In this document: in pieces, positions 59,092 through 64,000 of the stretch
Layout: each line of letters starts with the position of its first letter
Numbering within the stretch: position 1 is the stretch's first letter
NCBI GenBank assembly: GCA_004431415.1
Contig: QPMI01000054.1
Span: 310,001 to 374,000, forward strand
Direction: 5' to 3'
Length of the DNA: 64,000 nt
DNA from: Cyanophora paradoxa CCMP329
Taxonomy: Eukaryota > Plantae > Glaucophyta
Made by a program: the position numbers and the translations under genes
The notes under the pieces: generated by a model
Database searches by the model: none
What the model was told of the DNA's origin: nothing
What the model saw: only the letters and a program-made list of their open reading frames with translations

Positions 59092-62000
59092 TCAGAAGAG
59101 GGGTAGGTTCCAGGGTTCGGGGTACGGGGGCACGGGTTGCGCGGCGGCTGGGGGCGGCCTCGCATTGGGGCACGCGAGCGGGGGCCTGTTCTCCTTGTCC
59201 ATCGCGAGCGGGGGGGCGCCCTTGGGGAAGGAGGCGGCGGGGACCGTCACGGGTCGACCTGCGGTCGGGCTCACGTGAGGGGCGGCGAGCACGGCCGCGC
59301 TCAAGGGGCGCTGCCGTACCGCTCGGCTGGATCGGCCGCGTGAAGGGGTTGGCGGAGGGGAGAGGGATGGGGAGCGGCGCGCCCAGGGGGCCCGGCCCGC
59401 GCGGGACAGGGCCTGGGGGGCGCCCGGTCGGGGCGAGGCTGCCGAGGCGCGCCGGGGCGCGCCGGGGCCCGGGACGCCTTTGGAGGGGCCGGGGCGGGGC
59501 GGGACGGGGAAAGGGAACGGTCGGGGGCTGGGCGGGCGGAGCGACGAGAGCGGCGCGAGTCCGTCGGCGCGCGCCTGCGGAGGGCCGGTGAGGGGCGAGG
59601 GCAGGGCGGCGGGGCGGGCGAGCTCGCCTTGTCGAGGGTGGCGAGGCGGGCGGCGCCCTGCTGCCGCACTAGCTCCCACTGCGGCGCGCGCCCCGGGGTG
59701 AGAGGCCCGGCGCCGGCCGGAGGGCGGCCCGCGGCCCTCCCCCGCACCTGGAGCCTGGAGGAGTCCAGGAGGGACTGGGCGAGGGCGCCGAGGGACCGCA
59801 GGCCGGCGCCCCGCGCGCCCCGCGCCGCCCGGCGCGCCACCCGCAGCTCCCGCTGCGCCGGCGTTGGCCGCCCCTCGGCGGGCGGTGGCGGGGGCGCGGG
59901 CAGGGCGGACCTCGCGGAGGGCGGCGTCGGATTGGGCCGCCGCGAGCGCCCGCCGGGCGCGCTCGGCCTCCTCTCGCCAGCGCCCAGCGCGCTCCTCGCC
60001 CTCGCTCCCCCCTCGTCCTCCTCTTCCTCCGAGTCCGAGAGGGGCGCTGGACCCTGCGGTTGCGGCGCCTCAGCGCTCGGCCCGGCTCCCGAACGGGGCG
60101 GGACGCCGCGGACCCGCCCAAAGGAGTACAGAACGAGCTGCGCCTCGGCCTCGCGCGCCGCCGTCGCGGCCGCCTCCGCCGAGGCGGCGGAGGCGGCGGC
60201 GCGCTCCTCGGCCTCCTCGCGGGCGGCGCCGGCCTCCTCTGCGCGGCGGCCCGCGAGCTCGGCGGCCAGCATGGCGGCGGCGAGGCGCTCGGCGAGCTCG
60301 TCGGCCCGCGCCTCGGCCGCCGCCGCGCGCGCCCGCTCCGCCTCGAGCGCGCGCTCCAGCGCCGCCCGCTCCGCCCGCTCCGCCGCCGCCGCGCGCAGGG
60401 CCGTCTCGAGGTCGGCCGAGAGCGCCGCCGCCTCGGCGGCGGCCTCGCGGCGGGCGAGGCGCAGCTCGGCGGAGAGGCGCCCCGCCGAGCCGAACTCGAG
60501 CGCGGCGCCGAAGCCCGAGGCCGGGGCGACTTGGCGTCCACCGAGGGCGTCGCCGCCGGCGGCGACTCGTCCACCGGCGTCTCGTGCGCCCCGGCCGCCG
60601 CCCCGCCGCCCCGCCGCCGGCGTCGCCTCGGCGGGGGCGTCCCTGCGCTGGATCCGGAGGCCGAAGGCGAGTCGGCGGCGGCGGGGCCGGCGCCGGCGCC
60701 GCCCCGGGCCGGCGTCTCAGTCCCCACGAGTTGGCCGAGGCCGATGAGGGGGCCTCGGAGGGCGGCGGGGAGAGGCCGGCGGCCGGCGGCGGGCTCTGCG
60801 CGGGACCGGCGCCCGCGCCGCCCTCGTCCTCGCTCCCGCTCCCGCTCTCGCCGCCGTCCTCGGCCGCATCCTCGTCACTCCCCGCCGGCCGCAGCCGCCC
60901 GCCCGCCGCTTCCGCCCGCCGCCGCCGGCGTCTCCGCGGGGGCGGCCCCACGCCGCTGCTTCAGGGCCGACCCGGGCACGGGCCCCGCGGCCGAGGAGGG
61001 GTACGCCCGCTTCTTGGCCACGCGGGGCGCCGCCGGCCGCTCGACCAGGACGGTGAAGGGGAAGGAGCGCCCGTCGTGCTCCAGCGCCTGGCGGTACCCC
61101 CCGCGCGCCCCGTCAGCACGCGACGAAGGCGAGGCCGGCCGGGTGGGCGGGCGGGGGAACGCTCGCCTGCCCGATGGCGGCCTCCAGGCCCTCGAGGTAG
61201 CGGTCGCCCAGGGGAGCGTTCCCCGCGCTCCGCTGCCCCCGCGCCTCGGCCAGCAGCGCCCGCGCCGCCTCCTCAAAGCCCTCGACCACAAACTGGCGCC
61301 GCGCGGCCGGCGGCCACGGGAGCCAGCTCGTCTGCCCCGTCCCGTACCTGGCGCACCGATCCGTGCGCGTTATGATGGAGCAACGGGATGAAAACGAGAG
61401 GGTGCGGCACCACTGGACGAGGATGGCGTCTCGCGACTTGGGCCGGAGGCGCGCGTGCTCGCCGCACAGGTCCAGCGCATCCGGGTCCCGCACCACGGCG
61501 GGGAAGACGGGGTGCCGCGGGCCCCACTCCGCCAGCACCTGCCCCCCGCCCGCCCCCTCAGCGCCGGCAGGGGCCGAGCTCAGGGCCGGGGCGCGCCTTG
61601 GTGCCGTGGGGCGGCTTCGGGGGCCCCTCCTCGCCCCCCGAGGACTCGGCGTCGGACTCGGCGGCGGCCGGCGAGCGGGTGGCGAGGAGGGCGGCGAGGC
61701 GGGCGAGTGTCTTGGCCTCAGCGAAGTTCTCGCCCAGGTCCAGCCGCTCGGGGAGCGCCCCGGCGCGCTCGCCGCCCTTCTTCGCCAGCGCCGCGAACGC
61801 CTCCACGAGCGCCTGCGCCCCGTCGTCTGCGCCCCCCCGCCCGGATCAAATTTGGATTCGATCGCCCGGATCGAGCGCGCGCGCCGGTCACGCGGTTGTC
61901 GTAGAGGTCGAGGGAGCGGAGGCCGCCGGCGGCGGAGCGGAAGGCCTTCGCGAAGACCTCCGCGTCGTCGTCGTCGAAGTCCAGGCGGCGGAAGACGAGC

Positions 62001-63398
62001 GACAGCGGCGCGTCCCCCGGGCGCCCCCGGATGCACTCCGCCACAGCCTCCGCCTGCGCGCTGCGCTCCGGCGGCTCAGAGAGGCCCGGGGCGCGGCGGG
62101 AGGCGCGGCCGGGCGGGGGGGCGGGCGGGCGCGCCTGGCGTTCTTCAGGGACCCGGAGAGGTCGAGTGACTGGAGACGGGTCTTGGCGGCGGCCTGGAGG
62201 AGGGCGCGGGCGACGGGCTCCTCGTCCCCGCCGAGCGTGCAGTCGACGAGGGCGAGGGAGCGCAGCGCGCAGCCGTCCGCCGTGAGGCGCGAGACGAGGC
62301 CGCGCTCGCCCAGCACCGCCGCCTGCCGCACCGCGATGTGGCTCACCGTGAACGAGCTCAGAGTCATGCTCGTGCCCGCGATCGCCAGCAGCGCCTGCGC
62401 TGGCGTCGGGCGCTGTGCGGCGCGGCCGGCGCGCGGGCGGGGCGCACGCTGAGGTCGTCGCGGGGCCCGAGGGGCTTGAGGAAGGGCCCCGTGAATTTGA
62501 TCTTCGCGAGGGCCGGGTGCGTGGAGCAGGCGGCGACGAAGGAGGAGATGACGGGCGAGTCCTTCAGCGTGAACGCGGGGCTCGAGCCCTCCGTGAGGGA
62601 CAGCGAGCGTAGCCGCGCCGAAGCCGCCACGAACACGCTCAGCACGTCCATCGCCGCCTCGCCCAGCTCGCAGAAGCTGCGCGCAGCGACGGCGGGGCGT
62701 CAGCTGCAGAGCGCTGCAGCGGCGTATGCGGCGCCGGCGCGGCGCATGCGGACCCGGCGAGCGTGAACTCCTTCAGGCGCGGCAGCTGCAGCGCGCAGAT
62801 CTTGCTCACAATCGCATTCCTGTACGTGTTCTTCTTTCGCTCTGCGCGGGCGCCGTCAGCTCCGGGCGCGTCGGACGGAGACGGACGAGTTGACCGTCGC
62901 CGCGCCAGGAGAGGCGGATGGAAAGAGTGCGCAGGCAATCCGCATAGCGTCCGACCCATTCTGCTATGCGATTGATCTGCGCAAGAGTCGTGTGAGTGCT
63001 CCGAGTCCCGTTGGCGAAGTGGGGTGGGACGGCAGTGTACATTGTGCAGATCATTCCCAACGACGAGGTTCAGCTTGACGTGTTTGAGCGACCGCTGCTT
63101 GTCGGCCAAGGCGTCCAGCAGAGCGATCAGTTCACCGGACAAGGGCACCTGCGGGTCGCCGTCAGGGCGCAGCGGAGAATTCGCCACGCCGTTCAGGATG
63201 CATGTAATCATCAATAGCTTCACGCACCGCGCACTGGAGCTCGAAGCGAAGAAGTGCCGCGTTGGAAGGAATGCGCTCCCGGAGCGCCAGCAGGTCCTCA
63301 CTCTTGCCGGCGAAGAGCTCGCTGATCTTGCCGGAGGGGAGCGGCGGATTGCACACGCACAGCGCCTCCTCGCCAGCCGTCGCCAGGAAAGCGCTCAT
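59092..63398 (-). CDS. RNI-like leucine-rich-repeat protein with PWWP-like domain, Ala/Glu/Arg coiled coil and low-complexity tail
   Basis: LRRs: LPRLKEFTL, LRSLSLT, LRSLALVDC, LQSLDLSG, LRSLDLYDNRV, LPERLDLGEN; PWWP-like VLAEWGPRHPVFPAVV...ILVQWYGTGQTSWLP; DKEN near the C-terminus. The 3' end is approximate. Confidence 0.7.
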
Positions 63399-64000
63399 TT
63401 CAAACGGGGGGCCCGTCGGAGAAATGCTATATCGTCCTTGCTAGAGGCCGCGCAGCCGCCGTCCTTGCTACAGGCCGCGCAGGCGCCGGGGGTTCATTCC
63501 AAGGTTTTAAAGTGGGGTACAATTACAGGTGGTAGCGTAGTGTACCCAGCAAAAGAATGCGGTGGCTTGCGCTTCTGGCCATCCTGGCGCTCGCAGCGGC
63601 TGCAGATGATGCGGAAGACACGTGTGCATTCATGGCCGACGCGCCGTACTCTGGCCCGCCGCTTCTGGTTCGCCTCTCCCCGCCCGGGCCTCGTACGTGG
63701 CATGTCTAGGGCGGCACTTTGTCGTTCTAGCGCGGTGCGGTCGGCGTGGTCGACGCGGTCGGCCGCGTGACCGCATTATGGCTTGACGCGGCCGCTCGCG
63801 GCGCAGCCCGACCCTCCCATATCAGACTGCGCGGCGTTCAGCGACACGGCTCAGCGCACTTGCTGCAACCTTAACCAGGCGAGCAGCGATTTCATACGCC
63901 TGCTGCAACCTCGACCACGAACGCGCACCGCCTGACCGGGGGGCGCGCGGGCGCCATACGTATACGCAGACGGAGGCGATAATTGAAAACTTTTCAGACA

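Noticed and set aside
1-64000. Most long ORFs in the six-frame track (Pro/Arg/Gly/Ala-rich, up to 842 aa)
   Set aside because: They arise from high GC and stop-poor introns; real genes switch frames across introns.
63400-64000. Short ORFs upstream of the LRR gene
   Set aside because: No motifs or consistent splice pattern; probably promoter/intergenic sequence.

Overview
GC-rich eukaryotic nuclear DNA, not prokaryotic. Genes are split by many short (mostly ~55-100 bp) introns that are C-rich on the sense strand and often use GC donors, so the supplied ORF track is mostly uninformative; the gene models below were spliced by eye and internal boundaries are approximate. Two genes start with 'AF'-motif presequences, which together with the GC content and intron style suggests a glaucophyte or similar alga (Cyanophora-like; inference). 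About 15 genes are present: a partial helical-repeat gene, a secreted protein with 7 bacterial-type Ig-like repeats, DCAF7/AN11, a probable plastid membrane protein, a probable plastid TauD/clavaminate-synthase-like dioxygenase, a bacterial-type phytochelatin synthase with signal peptide and TM anchor, a PPC-like domain protein, a hypothetical protein, a CUB/EGF-TM-RING-H2 receptor-type E3 ligase, a double-globular-domain histone-H1-like protein, a P4-ATPase flippase, a SANT/Myb-like poly-His protein, a METTL21-type methyltransferase, an EF-hand protein with a 7/11/15-periodic coiled coil, and an LRR+PWWP-like protein. A gene-poor, palindrome-dense, transposon-rich block spans ~13.4-24.7 kb (CACTA-type element, Helitron-like end, tiny retro-insertion). 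At ~52.2-52.9 kb a tRNA-derived SINE is nested in a non-autonomous hAT element, both with intact target-site duplications.
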